Shown in pieces: positions 9,365-19,446 of a stretch of 64,000 nucleotides of DNA. The stretch is from an uncultured delta proteobacterium (lineage in GTDB: Bacteria > Myxococcota_A > Polyangia > Polyangiales > Polyangiaceae): the NCBI GenBank assembly GCA_963841435.1, contig CAWJCS010000001.1, positions 32,001 to 96,000 of the forward strand. Reading direction: 5' to 3'. The position numbers and the translations under genes are program-made. The notes below the pieces were generated by a model, which was not told the DNA's origin, did no database searches, and was given only the letters and a program-made list of their open reading frames with translations. Within the stretch, counting starts at the first letter, position 1, and each line of letters begins with the position of its first letter.

Positions 9365-9898
9365 TCAGTCTTCGGGTAGCTCGGCTTCGTCGCAGCCGCC
9401 GACGCAGTTGCTCTGCTCGTTCTCGTCGTCCTCGCTGCCGCCGTCCATGAGCAGGCTCACCTTGGCGTTGACGCCGAGGTCCTGGCGCTTGAGGGCCCAC
9501 CAGGCGCCACCCGTGCTGCGGGGGCCGAGCCCCCACTGACCGCGCAGGAGTCCGTGCCCCGCTATTTCGGATTCGCCGTAGACGAACGAGCCGTGGCCCG
9601 ACCAGGTTTCACCGCGGCATTCCTCCGACCAGGTGAAGGTGAGGCGATCGCCGACGATGGTGCCGTGGAGCTCGCCGAGCCGCTCGCCCATGGCGCGCCA
9701 GGTGCCGGACGCCTGCGAGCCGTTCGTCACGATGCGAAGATAGATGTGATACGGGCCCTGGTAGACTCCCTGGAAGTCGGCGGGCGACGGTGCGGGTGCC
9801 GACGCCGAGCTCGCCGGGACCCCGTCGGGCGCGCTGCAGCCGACGGCCGTGAGAAGGCCGAGCGTGGCGGCGAGGCGCAGGGGCGAAAACCTCCGCAT
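9365..9898 (-). CDS. Hypothetical lipoprotein (small beta-rich domain, acidic tail)
   Basis: MRRFSPLRLAATLGLLTAVGC lipobox; G-x-W-rich beta strands. Confidence 0.65.
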   Translation of the reverse strand: MRRFSPLRLAATLGLLTAVGCSAPDGVPASSASAPAPSPADFQGVYQGPYHIYLRIVTNGSQASGTWRAMGERLGELHGTIVGDRLTFTWSEECRGETWSGHGSFVYGESEIAGHGLLRGQWGLGPRSTGGAWWALKRQDLGVNAKVSLLMDGGSEDDENEQSNCVGGCDEAELPED

Positions 9899-9939
9899 GC
9901 GCCTATTTTGAGACCTGGCGACTGGAGCGGCAACTGGCT

Positions 9940-12888
9940 TCATTTCCTGAGTAGCTCGCGCTCGACCCTGAGCACCACCGTATGCTCGTCGCGGCGCACT
10001 TCAATCACGAGGTCCGTCCCGGGCCGACCGGAAAAGCGTCGGCGCGCGTCCGCCATGTCGCGCGGTGCGACACCGTCGATGTGGACCACAACGTCACCTG
10101 CGGCGAAACCGGCTCGTTCGGCTTCGCTCGTGGCCGTGACCGTCGCCACGACAATCTCCAGGTTGGCTCCGGCGCCGCGCTCACCCAGCGTCACGGCGAC
10201 GTTGCCGCCGAGCAGCGAAGGGTCGTCCTTGACCGGCTCGGTGAGCACGATGCGCACGCGGTCGGTGACCCGACCTGCCGTGACCTCGACGCCCGTGGCG
10301 CGCCCGCGGCCCGACACGGCCGACAAGGCTTCGAGCGTGCGGCGCCCCGGGGCGACGCGCGGCAGCGTGAAGCGACCGTTCGCGTCCGTCTGGGCCATGG
10401 ACGCCGGCAGCGCGCCCGTCGGCAGGAAGGTCGGTACGACGCCGACCGCGACGCGCGCCCCGCTCACGGGCTCGCCCTCGTGGTCGACCACCTCGCCCTC
10501 GACGGTGCCCGGCTCGTCGAGATCGACGGGGTCGAGGGTCTGCGGGCGATCAGCGCGGCCCGTCGGGGTCACGACGAAATCGAGCTCGGCTTCGGCGTAG
10601 TCGGGGTGCGCCACCGCGAGATGCGCCGGGCCGGCCGCGAGGTCGGCGATGCGAAAGTGACCCTCGGCGTCGGTCAGCGCCGTGCGGCGAACGCCCCCGG
10701 AAACGAGTGACACACGCGCTCCTTCGACCCAGCTCCGCCCTCGCACGGCCGTCACCGTTCCTTCGACGACGACGCCCACGGTGAGCGAGACCTCGAGCGT
10801 CGCCGGCGCGTGGTCAACGACCACGCTGCGGCGAGGGAAGCCGGGTGCCTCGACAATCACGCGTAGCGGCACACCCGCCGCGTCGTCGACCTCGACGGCG
10901 CCCTCCGAGTCGGTGAATTGCGTTTCCCGGAGCGGCACGTCGGGGTCGAGCGAAAGCGCCGTGACCTGGGCGAGCTCGATCGGATCGTCGTGGTCGTCCC
11001 GAACGAGCACGCGCACGGGCTCGCGCGGTGCGGGCAAAACGAGCTCGACTTCGGTGCGCTCGGCTTCCGGCACCGTGAGCGTCTTTCTTAGCACGATGCG
11101 GTGCTCGGCCGCCGAGCGCCGCACCGAGACGACGACCTCGGACGGAATGCCCGTGCTCTCGAAGCTACCGTCCGGCTTCGTCGTCGTGGTGCGCACGAGT
11201 GACGTGCGCGTGCTCGCGATCTCCACCTCCGCACCCTCGACCGGTCGGTCGCGGTCGTCCTTCACGCGGCCGGCGAGCGTGCCGCCGCCTAGCATCACGA
11301 TGCGCACGTGCGCCTCGCCGCCGGGCTTGAGCGCGACGAGCTCGCTCGTCCCTTCGACGTAGTCGGGATGCCGCGCGACGGCGCGCACGCGTCCGGGCGT
11401 GACGGGTGAGGCCGTGAAGCGTCCGTCGCTTCGCGTCACCCAGTCGGGCACCGTGGGCGGTGGAGCGCTGGCGAGCGCCCAGAGGTCGGCGCCGGGCTCG
11501 ATGCGCGTCCCTGCGGCGGGAATCGGCGGTACGGGGCCCGGCATCACGCCGAGCTCGCCCGCCGGGATGAGCGGCCTCGGGCCGGAGAGCGCAAAGTCGA
11601 AATGAGTGCTCCGGAACGCGTTCAAAAAGGGCGTCTCCGACACGGGCAGGCCCCAGGCGTCGCTTCCCGCGACCTCGATGCTGGCGCCCTCGACCGGAAA
11701 GCCGCGCCCGTCGACGACCTCGCCGCGGATGGTCGCTCCGCGAACGAGCGCGACGGTCACCGGCTCGAGCGTCGGCTCCGGCACGGATACGAGCGCGCTC
11801 GATACGAATCCCTCCGCGCGCGCAGCGAGCGTGGCCGGACCCGGGGCGATCGGACCGAGCGTCACGCGCCCGTTCGATCCCGTGCGGCCGAGCAGCGGGA
11901 ATGAGGCGAGCCCGCCCGAGCTCAGCACGACGTCGGCGTTCGGAACGAGCACTGGGCTCTCGCCCTCGCCGTCGGTGACGACGGCGGTGATCATCCTCCC
12001 GGGCTCGAGCACGAGCGTGAGGTCGGCGTCCTCGCCGCGCTCGAGGCTCACGCCGAGCGCGGTCCGCGACACGGCCGTTCCCAGCGAAGCCTGGAGATCA
12101 TAAGCGCCCGCGAGGAGGCCCGAGATGCGCGTCGTCCCGTCGGGCCCGGTCACGCTCCGGCGGGCCGGCCAGAGCGCCGAGCCGGCGATGGCCACCGTGG
12201 CGCCGGGCGCGGGCTTTCGGTCGCGGCGTTCGACGCGCACGCTGATCGACGCGAGGCGCCGCAACGAGAGCGTCACTTCGCCGCGGACGTTGCCGCGCTC
12301 CAGGGACTCGTAGCCGGGCGCGGACGCTTTCACCTTCCACGGTGCCGGCGGCAAACGCGCGAGCGAAGCCGTGCCCTTGGTGTCGGTGAGCGCGCCGAAC
12401 GGTAGCGGGTCGGTGCCCTGAACGAGCACGGTCGCGCGAAAGAGCGGCGCTCCGCGCTCGTCGGTCACGCGCACGCGCACGCGCGCCTCGGCGCCCAGCA
12501 CCGCTCGATGTACATTCTTGCCCGCGGCGAGCACGAGCACGGCCGAGACACGGGCGCGGCCCGGTGCGCTCGTCAGCGCCCAGCTTCGCCCGCGTGGTGC
12601 ACCCGTGATCTCGAGCTCGCCCGCGGCGTCGGTCGTGGCCGATCCCACGAAATACTCGGTGCCCTCGTGCTCCCAGAACAGCGTGGTCGTGGCACCGGCA
12701 AGCGGCAGACCCGCCTCGTCGACGACCGCCACGATGAGCCGCGCGTCTCGCACGGTGACGCTCGCAGGGGGGGCGGGTGCCAGCATCGCTTCGACGCGCG
12801 TGCGAGGCGTGTCGGAGAGTCCGAGCACGAACAAGAAGCACGCGAGGAGCGCGAGCCCGTTCGTCAGCGAGTCCAGAAGACGACCCAT
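9940..12888 (-). CDS. Membrane-anchored protein with multiple carboxypeptidase-regulatory-like (Cna-B/transthyretin-like) repeats and a C-terminal PDZ domain
   Basis: N-terminal TM helix; repeated G.V.D..G.PV.GA.V...TD..G.F units; terminal SEAERAGFAAGDVVVHIDG...GRPGTDLVIEVRR. Confidence 0.85.
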   Translation of the reverse strand: MGRLLDSLTNGLALLACFLFVLGLSDTPRTRVEAMLAPAPPASVTVRDARLIVAVVDEAGLPLAGATTTLFWEHEGTEYFVGSATTDAAGELEITGAPRGRSWALTSAPGRARVSAVLVLAAGKNVHRAVLGAEARVRVRVTDERGAPLFRATVLVQGTDPLPFGALTDTKGTASLARLPPAPWKVKASAPGYESLERGNVRGEVTLSLRRLASISVRVERRDRKPAPGATVAIAGSALWPARRSVTGPDGTTRISGLLAGAYDLQASLGTAVSRTALGVSLERGEDADLTLVLEPGRMITAVVTDGEGESPVLVPNADVVLSSGGLASFPLLGRTGSNGRVTLGPIAPGPATLAARAEGFVSSALVSVPEPTLEPVTVALVRGATIRGEVVDGRGFPVEGASIEVAGSDAWGLPVSETPFLNAFRSTHFDFALSGPRPLIPAGELGVMPGPVPPIPAAGTRIEPGADLWALASAPPPTVPDWVTRSDGRFTASPVTPGRVRAVARHPDYVEGTSELVALKPGGEAHVRIVMLGGGTLAGRVKDDRDRPVEGAEVEIASTRTSLVRTTTTKPDGSFESTGIPSEVVVSVRRSAAEHRIVLRKTLTVPEAERTEVELVLPAPREPVRVLVRDDHDDPIELAQVTALSLDPDVPLRETQFTDSEGAVEVDDAAGVPLRVIVEAPGFPRRSVVVDHAPATLEVSLTVGVVVEGTVTAVRGRSWVEGARVSLVSGGVRRTALTDAEGHFRIADLAAGPAHLAVAHPDYAEAELDFVVTPTGRADRPQTLDPVDLDEPGTVEGEVVDHEGEPVSGARVAVGVVPTFLPTGALPASMAQTDANGRFTLPRVAPGRRTLEALSAVSGRGRATGVEVTAGRVTDRVRIVLTEPVKDDPSLLGGNVAVTLGERGAGANLEIVVATVTATSEAERAGFAAGDVVVHIDGVAPRDMADARRRFSGRPGTDLVIEVRRDEHTVVLRVERELLRK

Positions 12889-13010
12889 GCCGCCGCCCTT
12901 TTCGTAGCCGAAGCCTGGGGCTCGTGGGCAAGACCAAAAGGCATGCTCGCCCCGACAGTAGCGCTTTTATCGGGGCTTGGCGCGGGTTCGCGCCGGGCTG
13001 CTATGCTTTC

Positions 13011-14177
13011 ATGTTGGCGATGCGCGGGTTTTTGGTGGCGTGCCTCCTCGGCCTTTCGTGCAGTAGCCACGAAGGGACCGACCCGCGCAAGCTCGTGCAC
13101 ACCGACCAAACCGAGCCGGAGCAGGATGGCGGCCTGGTCGATGTCGACGCCGACGTGAGCCCCTGCGGCGAGTTCTGCGGCGAGACGTTCCTGCACGAGC
13201 TCGTGGCCCCCAAGAACCTCTACTTCGTCATCGATCGCTCGGGCAGCATGGGAGCGTTGATGCCGGGGTCGTCGCTCACCCGCTATCAATCGGCGCGCGC
13301 CGTGCTGGGTGGTCTGTTGCGGGCCATCGGACACCGGGTGCGCTACGGCGCGGCCGCCTTTCCCACGACGGTGAACCCGGAGGACTGCAGTCCCGGAAGC
13401 CAGGTCTTCCCTGCGACGCTGGGCGCCTTACCGACATGCGAGGGCAAGGACGACCCGACACTGATTTCGTTCATGCTGAAGCTCGGCAACCTGGCGCCCG
13501 TGGGCGGCACGCCGACTTCGGCGACGCTGCGCGCGCTCGGGCCGACGCTTCGGGGCCTCGAAGGCGAGACCTCGGTCGTCTTGGTGACGGATGGCGCGCC
13601 CAACTGCAACCTCGGTGGGCGGTGCGCTGCCGCCGATTGCACCTTGAACATCGAGGGCGCGACCGTCGGTGGGCGCGCCTGTGATGCCGCGTTAAACTGC
13701 TGCGATCCGGACACCACGGGGCCGGCGGCGGGGGGATACTGCGTGGACGGGGACGACACGGAAGCCGAGATCAGCGCGCTCGCGGAGGAAGGGATTCAGA
13801 CGTTCGTCGTCGGCATGCCGGGGGCCGAGCCGTACGCAAAGCTGCTCGGTCGGCTCGCGGAGGCGGGTGGGACGGCCCGGGACGGGGCCGTTCCGTACTA
13901 CGCCGTCGCGGACGCCGATGACCTCAGGACGGCGCTCTTCGCGATCGGCACGAGCGTCACGATTCCCTGCTCGATCCAGCTCGAATCGGCGCCCGACGAC
14001 CCGAGCCTCGTCAACGTGTACTTCGACGCACAGCTGGTGCCGTTCGATGGCGAGGACGGCTGGTCCTGGGACGGCGACCGGACGGTCGTGGTCAACGGCG
14101 CCGCGTGCGAAGGGCTCGAGTCCGGCGACGTCCTCGACGCACGCGTGGTGTTCGGCTGCGATACGGTGGTACGGTGA
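13011..14177 (+). CDS. Cys-rich von Willebrand factor A domain lipoprotein
   Basis: Lipobox GLSC; MIDAS DRSGSM, GGTPT, VLVTDGAPNC; numerous Cys. Confidence 0.85.
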   Translation: MLAMRGFLVACLLGLSCSSHEGTDPRKLVHTDQTEPEQDGGLVDVDADVSPCGEFCGETFLHELVAPKNLYFVIDRSGSMGALMPGSSLTRYQSARAVLGGLLRAIGHRVRYGAAAFPTTVNPEDCSPGSQVFPATLGALPTCEGKDDPTLISFMLKLGNLAPVGGTPTSATLRALGPTLRGLEGETSVVLVTDGAPNCNLGGRCAAADCTLNIEGATVGGRACDAALNCCDPDTTGPAAGGYCVDGDDTEAEISALAEEGIQTFVVGMPGAEPYAKLLGRLAEAGGTARDGAVPYYAVADADDLRTALFAIGTSVTIPCSIQLESAPDDPSLVNVYFDAQLVPFDGEDGWSWDGDRTVVVNGAACEGLESGDVLDARVVFGCDTVVR

Positions 14178-14212
14178 TGCGGCACGCGGACCAGAAGTGG
14201 TAGGGTTGCTCC

Positions 14213-14509
14213 GTGAGCGAATCGGAACTTGCAGCGCTCCGTGACGCCATCGACGCGGTCGATCAACGCTTGCTGGAGCTGATCGCAGAACGCGTGCGGC
14301 TCGTGCTCGAGGTGGGGGAATACAAGGCGGCGCGTGACTTGCCGGTCTACGACCCCGAGCGGGAGCGACTCCTGATAGCGCGGCTCACGGAGCTCGCGCC
14401 GACGCCCCTCGAGCCAGAGACCGTGCGGCGCATCTTCGAACGCGTGATCGACGAGTCGCGACGCCTCGAGCAACGCCACGCGACGAGCCCGCCACCTTCG
14501 ACGAAGTGA
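14213..14509 (+). CDS. Monofunctional chorismate mutase (AroQ type)
   Basis: LAALRDAIDAVDQRLLELIAER, VGEYK, VYDPERE. Confidence 0.92.
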   Translation: MSESELAALRDAIDAVDQRLLELIAERVRLVLEVGEYKAARDLPVYDPERERLLIARLTELAPTPLEPETVRRIFERVIDESRRLEQRHATSPPPSTK

Positions 14510-14569
14510 GGCGCGGCAATCGCTTGCCTTCGGGAGCTCGTCTACTGAAGTTGCGGGGCGCCGGTGTCG

Positions 14570-17500
14570 TCAGGAGACGCAGGCCGCGAGCTCTTCGAGG
14601 GCGCGAGCGGCGAGCACGAGTCCGTCGGCTGCGGCTTCCGTTTCGAGCAGACGTCGCGTCAGCCGGCCGTCGGGGCTCAGCCGATAGGGCGAGCGCTTGC
14701 GTCCCACGAGCTCGCGCACCTTCGCAGGGTCGAGGGGTGTGTCGTCCCTCAGGTGGAACGAAACGCTCTTTTCGCTCGCCTCGCAGCCGAGCACACGGAG
14801 ACGTCTCAGCTCGCACTTGAGGCGCATGAGCTCGACGAATCGGCGCGCTTCGAGCGGCGGGGAGCCGAAGCGGTTCTCGAGCTCCTCGGCGAGATCGGTG
14901 ACTTCCGCTTCGCTCGCCGCGCTCGCAAAACGCTTGTAGAGGGAAAGGCGCACGCCGACCTCGGCGACGTATTCGGCGGCGAGCAGGGCCTCGACGTCGA
15001 AGGAGAGCTCGGGGTCGACGTCGTGAACGACCGTTTCTCCGCGCAACTCGAGCGTCGCCTCCTCGAGCATGCGGCAGAAGAGCTCGAAGCCGACGCTCGC
15101 CACGAACCCGCTCTGGTCGGCGCCGAGCAGATCGCCGGCCCCGCGCAGCTCCATGTCGAGCGTTGCGAGGTGGAACCCGGAGCCGAGCTCGCTGTAGCGC
15201 TCGAGTGCCTCGAGGCGTTGGCGGGCCTCGTCGCTGAGCTCCGAGGGGGGCGGCACGAGCAGGTAGCAGTAGGCGCGGTCGCGGGCGCGCCCCACCCGAC
15301 CGCGGAGCTGATAAAGCTGCGATAGGCCGAGCATGTCGGCGCGATCGATGAGGATGGTGTTGGCGCGAGGGATGTCGAGGCCGCTTTCGACGATCGCCGT
15401 CGCCACGAGCACGTCGTACTCGCCACCGACGAAGCCGAGCATGGTGCGCTCGAGCATCTCCTCGGACTGTTGGCCGTGGGCGACGGCGACGCGCGCGCTC
15501 GGCACGAGCGCTTTCACGCGTTCGGCGCGCTCGTGTAACCCCTCTACGCGGTTGTAGACGTAGAACACCTGCCCACCGCGCGAGAGCTCCTGCTCGACGG
15601 CTTCTCGCACGAGCGTGGCGTCGAACTGGCTCGTGAGCGTGCGTATCGAGCGGCGGTCGATGGGTGCCGTGGCGATGAGCGACATGTCGCGCAGGCCCCC
15701 GACGGCCAGCTGCAGCGTGCGCGGAATGGGCGTGGCGCTCAGTGTGAGCACGTCGACGTTGGCGCGGAGCTGCTTGATGCGCTCCTTGTGCGTGACACCG
15801 AAGCGCTGCTCTTCGTCCACGACCAACAGGCCGAGGTTCTTGTAGTGAACGTCCTTCGAGAGCAGGCGATGAGTGCCGATGACGACGTCGACTTTGCCCT
15901 CGCGGAGCCGGCGCACGGTGTCGATTTGCTCGGTCTTGCTCTGGAAGCGGCTCAGCGGGCGCACCTCGATTGGCCAGTCGGTGAAGCGCTGCGAGAAGGT
16001 CTGGAAGTGTTGCTGGGCGAGCACGGTCGTCGGGCACAACACCGCGACTTGCCGGCCGCCGAGCGCCATCAAGAACGCCGCGCGGAGTGCGACCTCGGTC
16101 TTGCCGAAACCCACGTCGCCGCACACGAGGCGATCCATCACCTTGGGGTTTTGCAGATCGGCGATGACCTCGGCGATCGCGGCGGCCTGGTCCCGCGTTT
16201 CGTCGAACGGGAAGCTTGCCTCGAACGCGGCGTAGTCGTCGTCGGGCGGCGCGAGCGGCGTCTTGTTGAGCGCGTTGCGCTCCGCGTAGAGGCGCAAGAG
16301 CTCGTCCGCCATCTGTCGCACGCGGCGCGCGACGCTGGCTTTGGTGCGCGCGAACGTCTGGCCGCCCAGGCGGTCGAGCCGGGGCGAGCCGTCGCCGCCC
16401 GAGTACTTCTGGACCTGGTTCAGCCGGTAAACCGGCAAGAACAGCCTATCGCCGCCCGCATACTCGACGACGATGAGGTCGAGCCCGATGCCGCCAACCT
16501 CGCGGCGCTCCAGCCCAACGTAGCGGCCGATGCCGTGCTCGACGTGGACGACGTGGTCCCCCGGCGTGAGGGCGCGCAGATCTTCGAGGAGCGCGCGGGC
16601 CGGGCGCTTGCGTTCCGGGGGGCGGCGCGCGCGCGGCCCGAAGATTTCCTCGTCGGTGAGCAGCACGAGCTGCTCGAGCGGCGCCACCACCCCGCGAGCG
16701 AGCGGCGCGACGACGACGCCGGGTGAAAGCCCGCGATGTGCGAGCAGGCTGCGGATGCGCTCGGCCTGGGTCTCGGAGCGCGCGACGGCCGTGACCGAGA
16801 GCCCGTCGTCCTGCCAGCGTGTCACCGCCTCGACGACAGGGTCGAGCGCCGCGTGCTTGCCGCGAGCCGTGCGCGCGAGCGTCATGGCTCGGGCGAGCTC
16901 CGCGTGGTCGTCCTGCGCGAGCGTCGGCGCGGTGATCGGTGCGCCTTCGAGCTTGTGGCGCGCGCCCTCGCCTCCCGCCGCACCGGCGATCCCGAGCCTG
17001 TGGGCGGCAACCCACTGGCTCGCGTCGAGCGCCGCTTCGAGGAGCGCGATGTCCGTGTACAGGGCCGCGACCGGAAAATGCGGCACGGCACCGCGCGCCG
17101 CCTCCGCGACGAGGGCCTGCTCAATCTCGCGGTCGAGCGCGCGCGCCACGGCCGGCGGGTCCTCCACGACGATGACGGTCCCGTCCGGCAAGACGGACGT
17201 GAGCGGCACCAGGTCGGAGAAAGCCGGCAGGTAGCCCTCGCTGCCGAAGAACGAGCGCCCGAGCACGAGGTCGTCGATGAGCGCGCGCGCCTTGGTCGAG
17301 GGGTAGCTGCATTCGTCGCAGAGGTCGCGCAGCGTCGCGCGCGCGCGTGTCGCCGCCTGCTCTCCGAGAATTGCTTCGCGCGCCGGCGGCAAGAAGAACC
17401 CCTTGATCTTGTCCTTGGTCCGCTGGTCCGCGGGATCGAAGCGGCTCGCCGAGAGCACGAGATCGCCGTAAAGCTCGATGCGCACCGGGTCGTCCGCATC

Positions 17501-18124
17501 AGCGGGCCACACGTCGAACACCCCGCCCCGAACGGCGAACGTCGCGGGATCCTCCACGACGGGGGCACGTTGGTAGCCGGATTCGGTGAGGCTTCGGGCC
17601 GTCTTTTCGACGTCGAGCTCGCCGTCGACGAGAACCTCGAGCGCGGCGGCGACCAGCGCCGCCGGTGGGGCGACGCGCCGCAAGAGCCCCGACGCCGTCG
17701 TGACGGCCACGGTCCACGGCAGTCCCTTGGCGATGCGAAAGAGGGCGGTCGCCCGCTGCATCGTCGCGCGGCGGTCGGGGTGCACGTCGGCGTAGGGGCT
17801 GGTTTCCGCGCCCACGAGCAGGAGCGGTGGCGGCTCGTCGTCGGTGGTGCCTGCCTCGGGGAGCCCGAGGCGTCGCAGCGCTTCCAGATCCAGCGACGCG
17901 CGCTCCGCGGTCTCGGAATCCGGCGCGACGTAGAGCACGTGGCGGGCCCCGGCGCCGAGCAGCGCGCGCGCGAGCAGTGCGGGGCCCGAGCCGGCCGCCC
18001 CCACGACGGCGACTCCGCCGGCACGCGTCATGACCTCGCGCGCCGCGTCCCGCACCGACACCAACCGGCGTCCGCTCGGCAGCGAAGGAGCGCTCTCGGC
18101 GGGCAAGCTCGTCGTCTCGGGCAT
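14570..18124 (-). CDS. mfd: Transcription-repair coupling factor Mfd
   Basis: UvrB-like FAVRGGVFDVWP, CarD-like VVHVEHGIGRY, GDVGFGKTEVA, DEEQRFGV, SATPIPRT, QLRGRVGR. Confidence 0.98.
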   Translation of the reverse strand: MPETTSLPAESAPSLPSGRRLVSVRDAAREVMTRAGGVAVVGAAGSGPALLARALLGAGARHVLYVAPDSETAERASLDLEALRRLGLPEAGTTDDEPPPLLLVGAETSPYADVHPDRRATMQRATALFRIAKGLPWTVAVTTASGLLRRVAPPAALVAAALEVLVDGELDVEKTARSLTESGYQRAPVVEDPATFAVRGGVFDVWPADADDPVRIELYGDLVLSASRFDPADQRTKDKIKGFFLPPAREAILGEQAATRARATLRDLCDECSYPSTKARALIDDLVLGRSFFGSEGYLPAFSDLVPLTSVLPDGTVIVVEDPPAVARALDREIEQALVAEAARGAVPHFPVAALYTDIALLEAALDASQWVAAHRLGIAGAAGGEGARHKLEGAPITAPTLAQDDHAELARAMTLARTARGKHAALDPVVEAVTRWQDDGLSVTAVARSETQAERIRSLLAHRGLSPGVVVAPLARGVVAPLEQLVLLTDEEIFGPRARRPPERKRPARALLEDLRALTPGDHVVHVEHGIGRYVGLERREVGGIGLDLIVVEYAGGDRLFLPVYRLNQVQKYSGGDGSPRLDRLGGQTFARTKASVARRVRQMADELLRLYAERNALNKTPLAPPDDDYAAFEASFPFDETRDQAAAIAEVIADLQNPKVMDRLVCGDVGFGKTEVALRAAFLMALGGRQVAVLCPTTVLAQQHFQTFSQRFTDWPIEVRPLSRFQSKTEQIDTVRRLREGKVDVVIGTHRLLSKDVHYKNLGLLVVDEEQRFGVTHKERIKQLRANVDVLTLSATPIPRTLQLAVGGLRDMSLIATAPIDRRSIRTLTSQFDATLVREAVEQELSRGGQVFYVYNRVEGLHERAERVKALVPSARVAVAHGQQSEEMLERTMLGFVGGEYDVLVATAIVESGLDIPRANTILIDRADMLGLSQLYQLRGRVGRARDRAYCYLLVPPPSELSDEARQRLEALERYSELGSGFHLATLDMELRGAGDLLGADQSGFVASVGFELFCRMLEEATLELRGETVVHDVDPELSFDVEALLAAEYVAEVGVRLSLYKRFASAASEAEVTDLAEELENRFGSPPLEARRFVELMRLKCELRRLRVLGCEASEKSVSFHLRDDTPLDPAKVRELVGRKRSPYRLSPDGRLTRRLLETEAAADGLVLAARALEELAACVS

Positions 18125-18140
18125 GGGGCCGGGAGGCTTA

Positions 18141-19007
18141 CTACTCGGGCGGCAGCTCGGCGAGTGCCGCGAGCAGGTGGTTTCGTGCCCGAAGCCGGTA
18201 GGGGCCGTCGCTCCGGGCCCGCAGCTCCGCGCGAAAGGCGTCGGCCGCCGCGGCGAGTGCGCCCCTGCGGTAAAGGACGACGCCGCGGGCGAGCGCGGCC
18301 GGGTAGCTCGGATCGAGGCGCTGGAGCGCCGCGATCGACAGGAGCGTCATCCGGTCGTGCGCCGGGTCGGGGCCGGGCGGCGCGTGTCGGAGCAGGAGCG
18401 CGTGAAACGCGCGGAGCTCGTCGAGCGTCGCGGCGAGCGGCGGAGCCTCTCCCGTGCGCGTGAGCTCGGTCCAGCGCATGCGAAACAGCGTCGCTAGCTC
18501 CTCGTCGTCGAGAAGCAAGCGATCGCCGGCTAGCCAGCCGTTCTTCTTCGCCACCTCGGGAAAATCGCCACCGAGCTCGCGAAGCTCCTTGCTCGGTTTG
18601 CTCCCGGGGGCCCAGGCGTGCACCGCCTCGACGAAGAGCTCCACCTGGAGGCCGCGCAGCGCGAGGAGAGGGCGGCCGCCGGCCTCCTCGCGGGCCTCTT
18701 TGGCCAGACGCTCGAGGTCGTGGACCGCCTGCTGCGGAACACCGCGCTCGAAGACGGTGCCCGTGCCCACGCGTCGAAATGCCTCGCCCACCGCGCGCAC
18801 CTTGAACGACAGTCGCTCGTGGCGTGCTCGCTCCGCGACCTCGGCTTCTTCGCGGTGTCGCGCGCGCAGTAGCCTGCGATCCGGCTGTGGGAGGGGCAGG
18901 AGCTGGGGCGCCGACGCGCGGGGCACGGCGAGGAGCGCTGCAGCGACGAGCAGCGTTCCGCCGAGGAGCACGGCGCCGATCCCCTCGAGCTGGCTCGGCC
19001 GCCGCAT
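18141..19007 (-). CDS. Hypothetical membrane-anchored alpha-helical protein with a TPR-like C-terminus
   Basis: TM segment GIGAVLLGGTLLVAAALLAV; C-terminal ALARGVVLYRRGALAAAADAF; ends 16 bp before mfd. Confidence 0.65.
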   Translation of the reverse strand: MRRPSQLEGIGAVLLGGTLLVAAALLAVPRASAPQLLPLPQPDRRLLRARHREEAEVAERARHERLSFKVRAVGEAFRRVGTGTVFERGVPQQAVHDLERLAKEAREEAGGRPLLALRGLQVELFVEAVHAWAPGSKPSKELRELGGDFPEVAKKNGWLAGDRLLLDDEELATLFRMRWTELTRTGEAPPLAATLDELRAFHALLLRHAPPGPDPAHDRMTLLSIAALQRLDPSYPAALARGVVLYRRGALAAAADAFRAELRARSDGPYRLRARNHLLAALAELPPE

Positions 19008-19020
19008 GCCAGGCACTCGC

Positions 19021-19049
19021 TTGACAGCCGTGAGGATCCCGATGAGGCT
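19021..19049 (+). promoter_or_regulatory. Putative sigma70-type promoter for the PilZ gene
   Basis: Perfect TTGACA (19021-19026), 17-nt spacer, GAGGCT -10-like hexamer (19044-19049). Confidence 0.45.
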
Positions 19050-19092
19050 TGAAGCCTTCTTATCGCTCACGCCACCCCCTTCGAGGTTCGCC

Positions 19093-19398
19093 TTGAACGA
19101 CAATCGCGCTCACGCCAGGACTCCGATCAACGTCATGGTCACGTGTGAGGCGGCGGGGGGAGCGTCATTCGAAGCGCTGGCCAGGGACATCAGCGTGGGA
19201 GGCATGTACCTCGAGGGGGCGGACGTTCCACCCTTCGGGACACAGCTTACGATCGTCGCCATGCTACCGGGCGCCAAGAAGCTAGTCCGCCTTCCGGCTA
19301 TCGTGCGCTGGGCGAAACCGGGCGGATTCGGCGTGCAGTTTGGCCTCATGGGTGCCATGGAAACCCATGTCATCAGCGAGCTCATGCGCGTAGACTGA
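19093..19398 (+). CDS. Stand-alone PilZ domain protein (c-di-GMP receptor)
   Basis: RxxxR (RAHAR) and DxSxxG (DISVGG), VRW, GFGVQF; TTG start after a GAGGT SD. Confidence 0.88.
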   Translation: MNDNRAHARTPINVMVTCEAAGGASFEALARDISVGGMYLEGADVPPFGTQLTIVAMLPGAKKLVRLPAIVRWAKPGGFGVQFGLMGAMETHVISELMRVD

Positions 19399-19446
19399 CC
19401 GCGCTATGGTTTTGGTGCCGAGCGACGGCCGGCGCGGTGTCCGAAA

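Noticed and set aside
12978-12995. Other sigma54-like sequences (TGGCGCGGGTTCGC here; also near 46840-46855 and 56777-56790)
   Set aside because: The GG-to-GC spacing is one base short of the strict 10-nt requirement.
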